From: Leucoraja erinacea
Lineage: Eukaryota
Length of the DNA: 64,000 nucleotides
Direction of reading: 5' to 3'
Assembly (NCBI RefSeq): GCF_028641065.1
Contig: NC_073382.1
Span: forward strand, 82,522,001-82,586,000
Shown: in pieces, positions 12,372 to 24,550 of the stretch
How the letters are laid out: each line of letters begins with the position of its first letter
Numbering within the stretch: position 1 is the first letter of the stretch
The notes under the pieces: model-generated
The model's database searches: none
What the model was told of the DNA's origin: nothing
What the model saw: only the letters and a program-made list of their open reading frames with translations
Translations under genes and position numbers: made by a program

Positions 12372-13143
12372 TTTTTTTTGGTTTTTTTGTTTCACATTAA
12401 TACATCGGATATATCTTATTACATTATGTTGTACCACTTCATTTTTTGAGCTTTAAAAAAGATAGAAATAAAAGAAATAAGGAAAGTAAGCAAGAATCGT
12501 GAAGGTGCAGGAAAGTGTTGGGAGAAGAGAACCCCTTAGGGAAGGAATTAGAGAAGGAAGTAAAGAAAAGAAATAAGACCCTAGAAAGAAAAGAAAAAAA
12601 AGAAGAAAGGAAAATCAATCGCTCTATTGTAACACAAAACTCCGCAAAAAAGGATATACCAACCATGTTTTTATTAAAAATTTATTTTATACCCCCCCCA
12701 TTACCAGGTCCTGGTAGCCTTTATGTCTTAACTTATTATTGCACCTTATGCTTGTAATAGTTCCATAAATGCAGACCACGTCTTTTGGAAGTGATCTGCT
12801 TTGCCTGCTAGGAGGAGTCTCATCTCTTCCAAGTGTAGTGTTTCGAACATGTTTGAAATCCACATTTTTGTTGTTGGTATCGGAGCATTTTTCCAAAATT
12901 TAAGTATAAGCTTTTTTCCCATTATTAGCCTATAATTAAGTAAGTTCTTTTGAAAACTATTTAATTCTGGGTTACCTTCCGATATTCCAAAAATGATCCA
13001 TTCTACTTTGGGTAGTAGTTTTGTTTTAAATAATTTTGTGAAGATTTCAAATATTTTGTTCCAGAATTTTTGGATTTTTATACAGAAAACAAAAGAGTGC
13101 GCTATGTTAGCTTCTTGTGACTGACATTTATCACAAATGTTAA
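12372..13143 (-). mobile_element. L1/Tx1-clade LINE 3' end (ORF2 C-terminal CCHC, 3' UTR, A-rich tail)
   Basis: CDKCQSQEANIAHSFVFCIKIQKFW zinc-knuckle motif; A-rich tail at 12372-12392 on the minus strand. Confidence 0.8.
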
Positions 13144-13179
13144 ACCTCACACACACACCTCGCATATGATGAAAGAACG

Positions 13180-13405
13180 GGTCGACTGAGCTTGCATTGA
13201 CTGGAATTTAGAAGGATGAGAGGTGATCTTATAGAAAGATATAAAATTCTTATGGGATTGGACACGCTAGATGCAGGAAAAATGTTCCCGATGTTGGGGC
13301 AGTCCAGAACCAGGGGTCACAGTGTAAGAGAAAAGGGGAGGCTATGACTGAGACAAGGAAAAACATTTTCACTCAGTTATGATTCTGTGGAATTCTCTGC
13401 CACAG
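13180..13405 (+). mobile_element. CR1 LINE fragment
   Basis: LEFRRMRGDLIERYKIL and SRTRGHS motifs. Confidence 0.85.
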
Positions 13406-13409
13406 AGCG

Positions 13410-13622
13410 CAGTGTCTGTGAGTCTACGTGTCTGTGCATCTATGTGTCTGTGTGTCTACGTGTCTGTGTGTCTGTGTGTCTGTGTCTACATGTCTGTGTG
13501 TCTGTGTCTACGTGTCTAAATGTCTGTGCATCTACGTGTCTGTGCATCTGTGTGTCTGTCTGTATGCGTGTCCACGTCTGTGTGTCTACATGTCTGTCTA
13601 CGTGTCTGTACATCTGCGTCCG
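13410..13622. repeat. Degenerate (TGTC/TGTG) simple repeat
   Basis: Repeated TGTCTACGTGTCTGTG motifs. Confidence 0.85.
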
Positions 13623-13700
13623 TGACTCAGACCTATTTCTCCCCTCCCCCTACATTCCTTCCTCTGGCTTCGCAATTCGCAACGATTCACACAAACCAAC

Positions 13701-15415
13701 TGTAGATTGGTTACATTACTGACTAACCAATGTAGTGCTTCATTAATATAAGCTCCGCCTACTACTACACCATTCATATTATCGCGACCCGACGTGCTGT
13801 TAGTTGGTGATGCAGCACGGTAGAGCTAACATGTTGTAGTGTGTTAGTATACGTTACTCAATACTGTTGTGTGATTTACTCAACGTGGTGTCAGATGTGG
13901 TCAACCCACTCCGCGTTTAAATAGATCGGTATTTATTTTCTTTCCAGTGTTTTATTTCACGCGTTTTGTCCCATATCTCGTGTTGCAATGGCCAATTAAT
14001 TCCGTAAACCTGATCCCCTCATTTTTGACTCAGACCTCGCTGAAGGTTGGCAGATCTTCGAGCTTGACTTTAATTTTTACATTTGTGCTGCTCTTCGCAA
14101 TGATCAACTAGACCACCGTGCCTCTGTACTTCTCAACATCGCTGGCCCAGAAGCTATCAAACGAGCAGAGCGCTTCGACCTTGCTCCTACAGTTCTGGAT
14201 CACACCAATCAGATTGTGGTACCTGTTGAAACTTTAGATTATCCCGAAGTTGTGATCAACAAATTCAGACAGTTATGTGACCTTCGCACTAACTCTGTAC
14301 TGGAACGTACTGAATGATTTGTTCGTAATCAGCTACAAGGCGAACCTGTAGAGATTTATATCAGCACTCTAAAACATATTGCTGCACGCTGCCATTTTGG
14401 GAATCTGTGTGATGAACTCGTCCGCAACAGACTGGTGGGTGGAATCCTCAGTGACAAAGTATGTGATGAATTACTCTGTGATACTGAACTAACCCTGGTC
14501 AGTGCTGAAATTGCTTGTTGCATTGCTGAACTCACCGAGTCTCACACTAAATCAATGGGGCCCGGACTGCATTCCTCGTACCGTGTTGATGCTACTGACA
14601 CCTCCTACCGCACACAACGCTCACAGCCCAATATATCATCTTGACAATCTCACAGATTTATTTAGAAGTGTTCTAACTGTGGCGGGTCACACCCCGCTGA
14701 CCGCAAACTTTGCCCTACATTTGGAAAATTATGCCACTTTTGCAAAAGAAGTAATCATTTCATTAACTGCTGTCGAGCCCGTGGGAATCTCTCAGTTCCA
14801 AGGCAGCCTGTGCACCTGTTAAAACATGAAGATTCTGATATCGAATACCAGGAGCTACCAGCACCTCCTCCGCTTACTCTCTCCGAGCCTGAAGCTAACA
14901 GACATAACATACACTCCCTGGTTGTGTCTCCAGCTCCCTCACCGCCACGCTCGGTGCCCCGCTCGCCAGCCTCGCTGTGTTTGTCCCCCCAGGCCCAGTG
15001 ACGGGAGGAGATGCGGATCTGAACCGTACGTGCGCGGGACGGGTTTGTAGGCCGCCCCTTAAATACAAGGACTTTGTTTGAACCACCTGAACTTGTTTGC
15101 GCTATCAGTGTTTCGGTTGCATTATTAATCAGTCAGCACCTAGTAACGTGCTTATACATATATATCACTTTATTGTAGATGTGGTTCACTTATTATTCTT
15201 ACAAGGAAAGATGTAGATTGGTTACATTACTGACTAACCAATATAGTGCTTCATTAATATAAGCTCCGCCTACTACTACACCATTCATATTATCATGACC
15301 CGACATGTGCTGTAGTTAGTGATGCAGCACGGTAGAGCTAACATGTTGTAGTGTGTTGTATACGTTACTCAATACTGTTGGACCAGCTCCGTGAGTATGT
15401 GTGATTTACTCAACA
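13701..15415 (+). mobile_element. Internally deleted Gypsy/Ty3 LTR retrotransposon in TIMM10B intron 2
   Basis: 5' LTR 13701-13885 and 3' LTR 15212-15415 (TGT...ACA); PBS TGGTGTCAGATGTGG at 13886-13900 (tRNA-Leu-like); PPT AAGGAAAGA at 15203-15211; TSD CCAAC/CCAAT; decayed gag from ATG 13988 with knuckles CSNCGGSHPADRKLC and CHFCKRSNHFINCC; no pol core. Confidence 0.92.
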
Positions 15416-15842
15416 CCAATCTCCCTTCGATACACTCCATCTACACCTCACCCTGCCTCAGCAAGGCCAACAGCATCATCAAGGACCAGTCTCACCCCGG
15501 TCACTCCCTTTTCTCCCCTCTCCCATCGGGCCAGAGGTACAGAAGTGTGAAAACGCACACCTCCAGATTCAGGGACAGTTTCTTCCTGGCTGTTATCAAG
15601 TAACTGAACCATCCTACCACAACCAGAGAGCAGCGCTGAACGACTGTCTGTATCTTTGGTGACCCTCGGACTATCCTTGATCGGACTTTGCTGGCTTGAC
15701 CTTGCACTAAACGTTATTCCCTTATCATGTATCTGTACACTGTAATTACTCGATTGTAATCATGTGTTGTCTTCCTGCTGACTGGTTAGCACGCAACAAA
15801 AAACTTTTCACTGTACCTCTGTCCATGTGACAATAAACTAAA
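15416..15842 (+). mobile_element. Non-LTR LINE 3' end (Rex1/Babar or L2-like) hosting the Gypsy insertion
   Basis: SIIKDQSHPGHSLFSPLPSGQRYRSVKTHTSRFRDSFF motif, followed by a 3' UTR ending in CAATAAACTAAAC. Confidence 0.8.
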
Positions 15843-16530
15843 CGTTTAAAAAACAGTTAGACAGGTACATGGATAGGTCAAGTTAGGAGGGATATGGACC
15901 AAGCGCAGGCAGGTGGGACAAGTGTAGCTGGGACATGTTGACTGTTGTGGGCAAGTTGGGATGAAGGGCCTGTTTCCATGCTGTATCACTCTGTGACTCA
16001 AAACTGAATGTTAAAAAAAAACGGAACTTCAATCCTTTGTCTCACCTTCTGTTTTTCCATCTCTGGTCCAATCCTCTACTTAACATTAATCAATAATGTT
16101 TTATTATTGTTTAATGTTTAATGTATCATTCTTAACTGTCACTGTATGTCATGTTGTCACTTGTGGACGGAGCACCAAGGCAAATTCCTTGTATGTGAAT
16201 ACTTGGCCAATAAACTTATTCATTCATCAAACTGCATCCAATGTTCACATATCACCTGCCACACTTTGTCCTGTCCTGTCCCTTTCCTCTTCCAGCTTCT
16301 CTCCCTCCAGAAGGGTCTTAACCCAAAACATCACCTATCCATGTGTACAGTTACTGCCCGACCCACTGTTACTCCAGCACTTTGTGCCTTTTTATGTAAG
16401 TCAGCATCTGCAGTTGCTTGTATCTGCATGCGGTGTTAAAGTGGCATGACGGTAAGCAGAGACATGATGGGCAGAAGGCCTGTTCCTGTGGCCACTCTTC
16501 CATGTACGTGTGAGGGTGTGGGGTCGTTAC

Positions 16531-16626
16531 CTCAATTTGAGTGAGGCTTCTGTAGTTCAGGTTGGTCACACATTTATTGAAGCAGCTTTCTGTCATCTTG
16601 TTGTAAACCAGCAGAAAATCCCGGAG
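16531..16626 (-). CDS. TIMM10B: TIMM10B coding exon 2
   Basis: Acceptor tttcag|CTC and donor GAG|gtaac; 96 nt encoding [32 protein letters not shown], with the first CX3C. Confidence 0.96.
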
Positions 16627-17324
16627 CTGAAACGCAATGGAGAGAGTTTACTGATTGGGCGAGGAAATGGCGGGTGTGTGGGGGAAATGGGAGGTATGGG
16701 TGGGGAGGGGGAGGGGGGGGTAGGGGGAATGGGAGGGATGGGGGAAGAGGGGAGAATGAGCCAGTGGAGGACTGGCGGGTGGGTGGGTGGGGAGGGTGTG
16801 AGGACGGGTGGGTGTGTGGGTGGATGTGGAGGGTGCGAGGGTGAGTGGGGAAGGTGCGAGGTGTTGACACTATCCTCTCAGAGTCTGACTTTCACACCGC
16901 TCACTCTCTTTCTCTTTCTTCCCATCTTTTAAACTCTTCCCTTCTCTCCCAGCTCTCTCTCCTCCTCCCATTCTTCATCCTCTTTGTCCCCCTCCATCTT
17001 GCCCAGTCCCTTCCTTTGTGTACTTCCACTTCCTCTTTCCTTGCATCCCTTCCCTCCATCCATCTCTCCTTGTATAAAACCACTTCCCCCGATGTACCCC
17101 ATTATAACGTCTCCCCTTCTCTCACAACTCCATCCTCTCTCCTCCACCTCCATCCCATTGCCCTCCTATATCCCTCAATTCTCCGGACCCTATTCCCCCT
17201 CCAGACCATTCCCAACACTCATCCTGCCCCTCTATTTGCCTCATTTCATCCTCATCCTACTTCCCCCTCGTCCCCTCCCCACCCCTGTACCCTTCTGTCA
17301 CTCTCCCCTCTCCTCTCTCCCCTA

Positions 17325-17670
17325 AATGCTTGGATAGAGTGGACGTGGAGAGGATGTTTCCACTAGTGGGAGAGTCTAGGACTAGACGTCACAGCCTCAG
17401 ATTTAAAGGACGTTCTTTTAGGAAGGAGATGAGGTGGAATTTCTTTAGTCAGAGGGTGATGAATGTGTGGAATACTTTGCCACAGACGGCTGTGGAGGCC
17501 AAGTCAGTGGCAGAGATAGATAGATAGATTCTTGATTAGTACGGGTGTCAGAGCTTATGGTGAGGGCAGGAGAATGGGGTTAGGAGGAAGATATAGATCA
17601 GCCATGATTGAATGGTGGAGTAGACTTGATGGGCCGAATGGCCTAATTCTGCTCCAATCCCTTTTGACCT
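17325..17670 (+). mobile_element. CR1 (HER1-like) LINE 3' end
   Basis: DRVDVERMFPLVGESRTRRHSLR...FFSQRVMNVWN, plus the conserved 3' tail GATCAGCCATGATTGAATGG. Confidence 0.9.
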
Positions 17671-17779
17671 TCACAGTTCCATCTCGCCCCCCCCCCCCCC
17701 CAATCCCTTCCCCGCCGTCAAATCCTCCATCTCTGTCACCCTCCAGAACCCACTCCCCGCCTCTGATCGCTGCAGATCC

Positions 17780-20329
17780 CCACACTCACCCACCGCCCCC
17801 CACACACACCCACACACCACCCCTCCCCCACACTCACTCACCGCCCCCCCGCCCACCCACTCACCACCCCCCGTCCCCCACCCCCACTCACCACCGCCCC
17901 CCTCCCCCACACATACTCACCGCCCCTCCCCCACACCCACTCACTCGCCCCCCCCCCACACACTCACTCACCGCCCCCTCCCCCACACATACTCACCCGC
18001 CCCCTCCCCCACACACACACACCGCCCCCTTCCCCCACTCACTCACCCCCCCCCCACCCCACACCACTCACCGCCCCCTCCCCCACACCCACTCACCGCC
18101 CCCCCCCCCACACTCACTCACCGCCCCCTCCCCCACACACACTCACCGCGCCCCTCCCCACACCCACTCACCGCCCCCCCCCCACACCCCACTCACCGCC
18201 CCCTCCCCCACACCCACTCACCGCCCCCTCCCCCACACTCACTCACCCCACCCCCCCCCCCCACCCACACTCACCGCCCCTCTCCCCCCACACACACCCA
18301 CCCCCCCCCCCCACACCACACACCACCCCTCCCCCACACTCACTCACCGCCCCCCTCCCCCACACACACTCACCGCCCCCTCCCCCACACACACTCACCG
18401 CCCCCTCCCCCACACACACTCACCACCCCCTCCCCCACACACACACACTCACCGCTCCCTCCCCCCACACACACTCACCGCCCCCTCCCCCACACTCACT
18501 CACCGCCCCCTCCCCCCCCACACACACCCACACCTCATCCCCCCCCCCCCCCCACACACACACTCACCGCCCCCTCCCCCACCCCCACCACCCCCCACCC
18601 ACACCCCCCCCCCCCACACACACCACCGCCCCCTCCCCCACACACACCCCCCCCCCCCCCCCACACTCACCCCCCCCCCCCCCCCACCCACACACTCACC
18701 CCCCCCCTCCCCCACACTCACCGCCCCCTCCCCCCCCTCCCCCACACTCATCACCGCCCCCCCCCCCACCACACACACTCACCGCCCCCTCCCCCACACA
18801 CACTCACCGCCCCCTCCCCCCACACACAACCCCCCCCCCCCCCCCCACCTCACCCGCCCCCACCCCCACCACACACACACTCACCCCCGCCCCCTCCCCC
18901 ACACTCACCGCCCCCTCCCCCACACACCGCCCACTCCCCCCCCACCCCACACTCACACCCCCACCGCCCCCTCCCCCACACACAACACCCCCCCTCACCC
19001 CCACTCACCCACCCCCACCCCACACTCACCCCCCCCTCCCCCACACACCCCCCGCCCCCTCCCCCACACACACACTCACCGCCCCCTCCCCCACCACACA
19101 CTCACCGCCCCCCCCCCCCACACCCACACAACCCCCCCCCCACACACACTCACCCCCCCCCCCCCACACACACTCACCGCCCCCTCCCCCACACACACTC
19201 ACCGCCCCCCCCCCCCACACACACTCACCGCCCCCCCACCCCACCCACCCCCCCCTCCCCCACCCACTCACCGCCCCACCCCACACCCCCCCCACCCACC
19301 CCCGCCCCCTCCCCCACACACACTCACCGCCCCCTCCCCCACACACACTCACCGCCCCCCCCCCCACACACACTCACCGCCCCCTCCCCCACACACACTC
19401 ACCACCGCCCCCCCCCCCACACACACACTCACCGCCCCCCCCCCCACACACACTCACCGCCCCCCCCCCACACACACTCACCGCCCCCTCCCCCACACTC
19501 ACTCACCGCACCCCTCCCCCACACCCCACTCACCGCCCCCTCCCCCACACCCACCCACCGCCCCCTCCCCCACACCCCTCACACCCCCCCCCCCCCCCCC
19601 ACACCCACCACCGCCCCCCCCCCCCCACACCCACTCACCGCCCCCCTCCCCCACACCCTCACCCCTCACCGCCCCCTCCCCCACACTCACTCACCCGCCC
19701 CCCCCCCCCCACACACACTCACCGCCCCCCCCCCCCCCACTCACACTCACCACCGCCCCCTCCCCCACACACACTCACCGCCCCCTCCCCCACACCACTC
19801 ACCCGCCCCCTCCCCCACACACACTCACCGCCCCCTCCCCCACACTCACTCACTCACTCACCGCCCCCTCCCCCACACACTCACCGCCCCCCCCTCCCCC
19901 ACACACACACTCACCGCCCCCTCCCCCCCCCACACCACTCACCGCCCCCTCCCCCACACACTCACTCACCGCCCCCTCCCCCACCACTCACTCACCGCCC
20001 CCCCCCCCACACTCACTCACCCCCCCCCCCACACACACTCACCACCCCCTCCCCCACACCCACTCACCGCCCCCCTCCCCCACACCACTCTCACCGCCCC
20101 CTCCCCCCCACCCACTCACCGCCCCCTCCCCCACACCCACTCACCGCCCCCTCCCCCACACACACTCACCGCCCCCCCCCCCTCCCCACACTCACTCGCC
20201 CCCTCCCCCTCCCCCACACCCACCCACCGCCCCCTCCCCCACACCCACTCACCGCCCCCCCCCCCTCCCCCACACTCACTCACCGCCCCCCCCCCCCCAC
20301 ACCCACAACCCCTCCCCACACTCACTCAC
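17780..20329 (-). repeat. ~25-bp G-rich minisatellite starting at the TIMM10B intron-1 donor
   Basis: Plus-strand unit CTCACCGCCCCCTCCCCCACACACA; minus-strand unit GTGAGTGTGTGTGGGGGAGGGGGCG; ~2.5 kb with noisy homopolymers. Confidence 0.9.
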
Positions 20330-20365
20330 GTTGCGCAGTTGTTGTTGTCCGGGTTCCGCCGCCAT
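20330..20365 (-). CDS. TIMM10B: TIMM10B coding exon 1
   Basis: ATG at 20365; MAAEPGQQQLRN then donor AAC|gtgagt; the QQQLRN-LRDFLL junction matches recalled human TIMM10B. Confidence 0.93.
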
Positions 20366-20440
20366 GTCGCGGTGACCTTTGCCCCGGAGTTTCCGGGCGA
20401 CCCCGCTGACAGGTGAATGGATGTCGTCACTTCCTGGCGG
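20358..20440. promoter_or_regulatory. Bidirectional CpG-rich promoter shared by TIMM10B and ARFIP2
   Basis: ETS/CRE composite CGTCACTTCCTG (20425-20436); YY1-like ACATGGCGGC overlapping the TIMM10B ATG; the head-to-head arrangement is also present in human. Confidence 0.75.
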
Positions 20441-20471
20441 AGATCCCGCTGCAGCTCGCGGGCCGGACTGG
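20437..20471 (+). other. ARFIP2: Putative ARFIP2 non-coding exon 1 (start approximate)
   Basis: GC-rich segment ending at a strong donor TGG|GTGAGT (GT at 20472). Confidence 0.65.
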
Positions 20472-20918
20472 GTGAGTGAGGGAGGGAGCGCCGCGGTGGG
20501 CAGGGGGTGAGTGAGGGAGGGAGCGCCGCGGTGGGCAGGGGGTGAGTGAGGGAGGGAGCGCCGCGGTGGGCAGGGGGTGGGTGAGTGAGGGAGCGCCGCG
20601 GTGGGCAGGGGGTGAGTGAGTGAGGGAGCGCCGCGGTGGGCAGGGGGGGGAGTGAGTGAGGGAGCGCCGCGGTGGGCAGGGGGTGAGTGAGGGAGGGAGC
20701 GCCGCGGTGGGCAGGGGGGTGAGTGAGGGAGGGAGCGCCGCGGTGGGCAGGGGGTGAGTGAGGGAGCGCCGCGGTGGGCAGGGGGTGAGATGAGGGAGGG
20801 AGCGCCGCGGTGGGCAGGGGGGTGAGTGAGGGAGGGAGCGCCGCGGTGGGCAGGGGGTGAGTGATCCTTGTCCCGCTGCGCCGCGGTGGGCAGGGGGTGA
20901 GTGAGGGAGCGCCGCGGG
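20472..20918 (+). repeat. 35-bp G-rich minisatellite starting at the ARFIP2 intron-1 donor
   Basis: ~13 copies of GTGAGTGAGGGAGGGAGCGCCGCGGTGGGCAGGGG. Confidence 0.95.
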
Positions 20919-21039
20919 TTGGGAGAGGAGCAACAATGATGCAGGGGGGGAGTTGGTGGAGGGACATGGAGGAGGAGGAGGAGGTGCAGGGTGATGATGA
21001 ATGATGGGGGTGAAGGTGAGGGGGGGGGGGGGGAGGCTT

Positions 21040-21690
21040 TAGACCCGGAACGTCGCCCATTCCTTCTCTCCAGAGATGATCCTTGTCCCGCTGAATTACT
21101 CCAGCACTCTGTGTCTATCTTCAGTGTAAACCAGCACCTGCAGTTTCCTTCCCACACAGTGTTTCTGGAGACAGGTGACGTTTTGGGTCAGGACTGCTTC
21201 AGACTGATTCTGGGTGTGGGGAAAGAAAGGTGGAAAAGAGGAGGGGCAGGACAAAGTGTGGCAGGTAACAGGTGAACACAGGTGAGGGGCCATTTTTGAT
21301 AAACCTATCTGCCACTCTTTGTCCCGCCCACCCAACTTTTTAACCCTGCACCTCCCTCCCAAATCAAACTGATTTGGGTCCTGAAATGTCACCTGTCCAT
21401 GCTGCCTGACCCACTGAGTTACTCCAGCACTCTGTGAAATGTCACCTATCCATGTTCCCCACAGATGCTGCCTGACCCACTGAGTTACTCCAGCACTCTG
21501 TGAAACGTCACCTATCCATGTTCTCCACAGATGCTGCCTGACCCGCTGAGTTACTCCAGCACTCTGTGAAACGTCACCTATCCATGTTCTCCACAGATGC
21601 TGCCTGACCCGCTGAGCTACTCCAGCACTCTGTGAAACGTCACCTATCCATGTTCTCCACAGATGTTGCCTGACCCGCTGAGTTACTCCG
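21040..21690. mobile_element. Penelope-like element terminal-repeat fragments with a 66-bp tandem array (21385-21688)
   Basis: Unit CTCTGTGAAACGTCACCTATCCATGTTCTCCACAGATGCTGCCTGACCCGCTGAGTTACTCCAGCA; the same tail follows GIY-YIG-coding sequence at 50660-51500. Confidence 0.75.
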
Positions 21691-23199
21691 GTGTTTGTGG
21701 CTGTTTTTAGAAACCGTCATCTGTGGTGTTTACATAGAGAAGAGTGTAGGTTGTGCCATGTAGAGGCAGTGTGCTTTATGTGGGGATTGCGTGAGATTGA
21801 GGGTGTTCCTGTACTGAACTGTTCAATATCTATAAAAGGTGGGAGTTGTAAAAATATGACATTGAGTTTATTGTCATTTACGTGTGTAGTGAGGTGCAGG
21901 TGCAAAGCTCGCAGCAGCATCACAGACACATAGACACAGGTACAGCCAAACACAAAAAAATCATTATGAATAAGTTGGACATAAATCAATTTGTTTTGTA
22001 AAGAAAGAAGATTGCAAGATGCAGGACGTTTGTGCTAAATTATAATCAGAAAAGGGAACAAGACAGGCTCGCTTGCGTAAGAGGTGGTCCGTGGAGTTCC
22101 ATTGTCGAGGTAGAATTAGGGTTCAGTTCAGTTTAATGTCACATGTACCAAGGTACAGTGAAAAGCTTTTGTTGCATGCTAACCCGTCAGCGAAAGACAA
22201 TACATGATTACAATTGTGCCATTTACGTTGTACAGATACATGATAAGGTAATAACGTTAGTGCATGGTAAAGACAGCAAAGACTGATCAAGAATAGTCTG
22301 AGGGTCATGAAAGATGTAGATGGTAGTTCAGCACTGCTCTCTGGTTGTGGTAGGATGATTCCGTGCCTGATAACAACTGGAAAGAAACCTGGAGGTGTGA
22401 ACCTGGAGGTGTGCGTTTTACACTTGTGTGAGTCGGTTAAAGAACCTGACTGTTGCAGGAAAGTAGCTTTCCCTAGACCTGGTGGGGTGGAACTGGTGGG
22501 TAGGCTTCTTCACCAGAATATGATTCAACAGAGCAGCTTTGCTGGTGCTTCTGCCCATTGGGTTAACTCGGGCACGATCTCATACACTTTTATAAGATGT
22601 ATATTATCCCCCACCCTTGCACAGGGAATAATGAAGCTGACCAAAGATTTGGAAGGGAGGAAAGCAGAAAAGGTGGGAGGTAGAGATGTGGAAAGAGAAG
22701 GGAGAGCTGCGTGGCTGTGCTGACTGGAGCAGGACAGGTGAGCTGGAGGCAAGGGGAGAATGATGCTGAAACGTGCAGATAAAGGAGGCACTTTATCATT
22801 TCTATAGTTTCTGGATACACGCGTTTCAAACAAGTTGGGAAATAAAAGTGAAGCCGATTTTGTGCAGAGGAACCAATCACAGGGAAATCTTCAGACAGAC
22901 AGAAGCTGATCAGACCAGGCTGTGGGTTGAACTGAAGAATAAATGGAGCGGCCACGTTTTGGAAGTTCACTGCTTGTCTCCACAGAGAAAATGCTGGCAA
23001 ATCTCTGACAAGTTCCAAACCGGTCAGGTAGACAAACACAAGACGGTGAATATTGCTGTTGATTGTGACACGGCCAATGGAAACAAGGGTACACGGAAAA
23101 GAAAAAGCTGCAGATTGTAGAAATGCTCAGCACAAGGTTTCAGTTGAACACACTGTCATCTCGCTCAGTATTTGGAATGGGAATGTACAAAGCACAATC

Positions 23200-24305
23200 A
23201 GTACGTTTGCAGATGACAGTACAGTGTCATAGACGGTGAAGATGGTTATCAAACATCAATGCAGCATCCTGATCAGTTGGGCCCATGGGCTGAGGAACGG
23301 CAAATGGAGTTCAATGTTGTATTTTGGGAATCAAACCACAGCAGGACCTTCACGGTGAATGGTAGAGTCCGAGGACGAGTGATCTGGGAGTCTCAGGGGT
23401 TATGGGGTGAAGGCAGGAGAATGGGGTGAGTAGGGAGAGATAGGTCAGCCATGATTGAATGGGGGAGTAGACTTGATAAGCCAAATTGCCTAATTCTGCT
23501 CCTATTTCTTATGACCATATGAGTACAAGGACAGAGTTCCCTGAAGTAGTGTAGATAGATGGTAAAGAAGGCTTTAGGCATGCAAGCCTTCATCAGTTAA
23601 AGAATTGAGTATAGAAGTTTGGATGTTATGTTACAGTTGTATAAAACATTGGTGAGGCCCCATTTGGAGTTTTGGTAAGGCCTGAATAGAGTGGATGTGG
23701 AAAGGATGTTTCCACTAGGAGAGTCTAGGACTAGACATCTCAGCCTCAGAATTAAAGGACGTTCTTTTACAAAGGAGATGAGACATTTCTTTAGTCAGTA
23801 GGTGGTGAATCTGAGGAATTCATTGCCACAGAAGGCTGTGGAGGTCAAATCAGTGGATATATTTAAGACAGAGATAGATAGATTATTGATTAGTACAGTT
23901 GTCAGGGGTTATGGGGAGAAGGCAGGAGAATGGGGTGAGGTGGGAGAGCTAGATCAGCCATGAGTGAATGGCGGAGTAGACTTGGTGGGCTAATTTTACT
24001 CCTATTCTGTATGACCTTGTTGTGTTCCATTTTAGTCACCCTGCTGTGGGAAAGATGCCATTAAGCTGGAGACAGTGCAGAGATGCATGGGGATGTCACC
24101 AGGACTTGCGACATTGAGCTATAGGGAGAGGTGGGACAGGCTGCTTCTTTATTCCTTGGAGTGCAGGAGGCTGAGGTGTGAACTTATAGAGGTCCATAAA
24201 ATCATGAGGGGAATCGTTCAGGCGAGTACATGTTTAAAGTGAGATGGAAGAGAATGTAATAGGAACCTGAGGGGAAACTGTTTCCACACAGAGGGTGGTG
24301 GGTGT
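23200..24305 (+). mobile_element. Nested CR1 LINE fragments
   Basis: FADD motif remnant, LYKTLVRPHLE, ESRTRHLSLRIKG and several CR1 3' tails. Confidence 0.8.
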
Positions 24306-24359
24306 ATGGACCCATTTATGGCATTTGTCCACCCACCTGCCAACAAAACCCCCTCACCT

Positions 24360-24550
24360 GTACCCATAGAAGGGACTCGACCCGAAATGTCTCCTATCCA
24401 TGTTCTCCAGAGATGTTGCCTGACCCGCTGAGTTACTCCAGCACTCTGTGAAACGTCACCTATCCATGTTCTCCACAGATGCTGCCTGACCCACTGAGTT
24501 ACTCCAGCACTTTGTCTTTTTTTGTAAATCAGCATCTGCAGTTCCCGTGT
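24360..24550 (+). mobile_element. Penelope-like terminal repeat with two 66-bp units
   Basis: Degenerate hammerhead-like head AGAAGGGACTCGACCCGAAATGTC followed by 66-bp units. Confidence 0.7.

Noticed and set aside
17532-20375. 947-aa Pro/His/Thr-rich extensin-like ORF
   Set aside because: It is the stop-poor C-rich strand of the TIMM10B intron-1 minisatellite and begins inside a CR1 tail.
22773-23120. 115-aa ORF in ARFIP2 intron 1
   Set aside because: The WVELKNK-type segment suggests a decayed CR1 endonuclease; no convincing exon boundaries.
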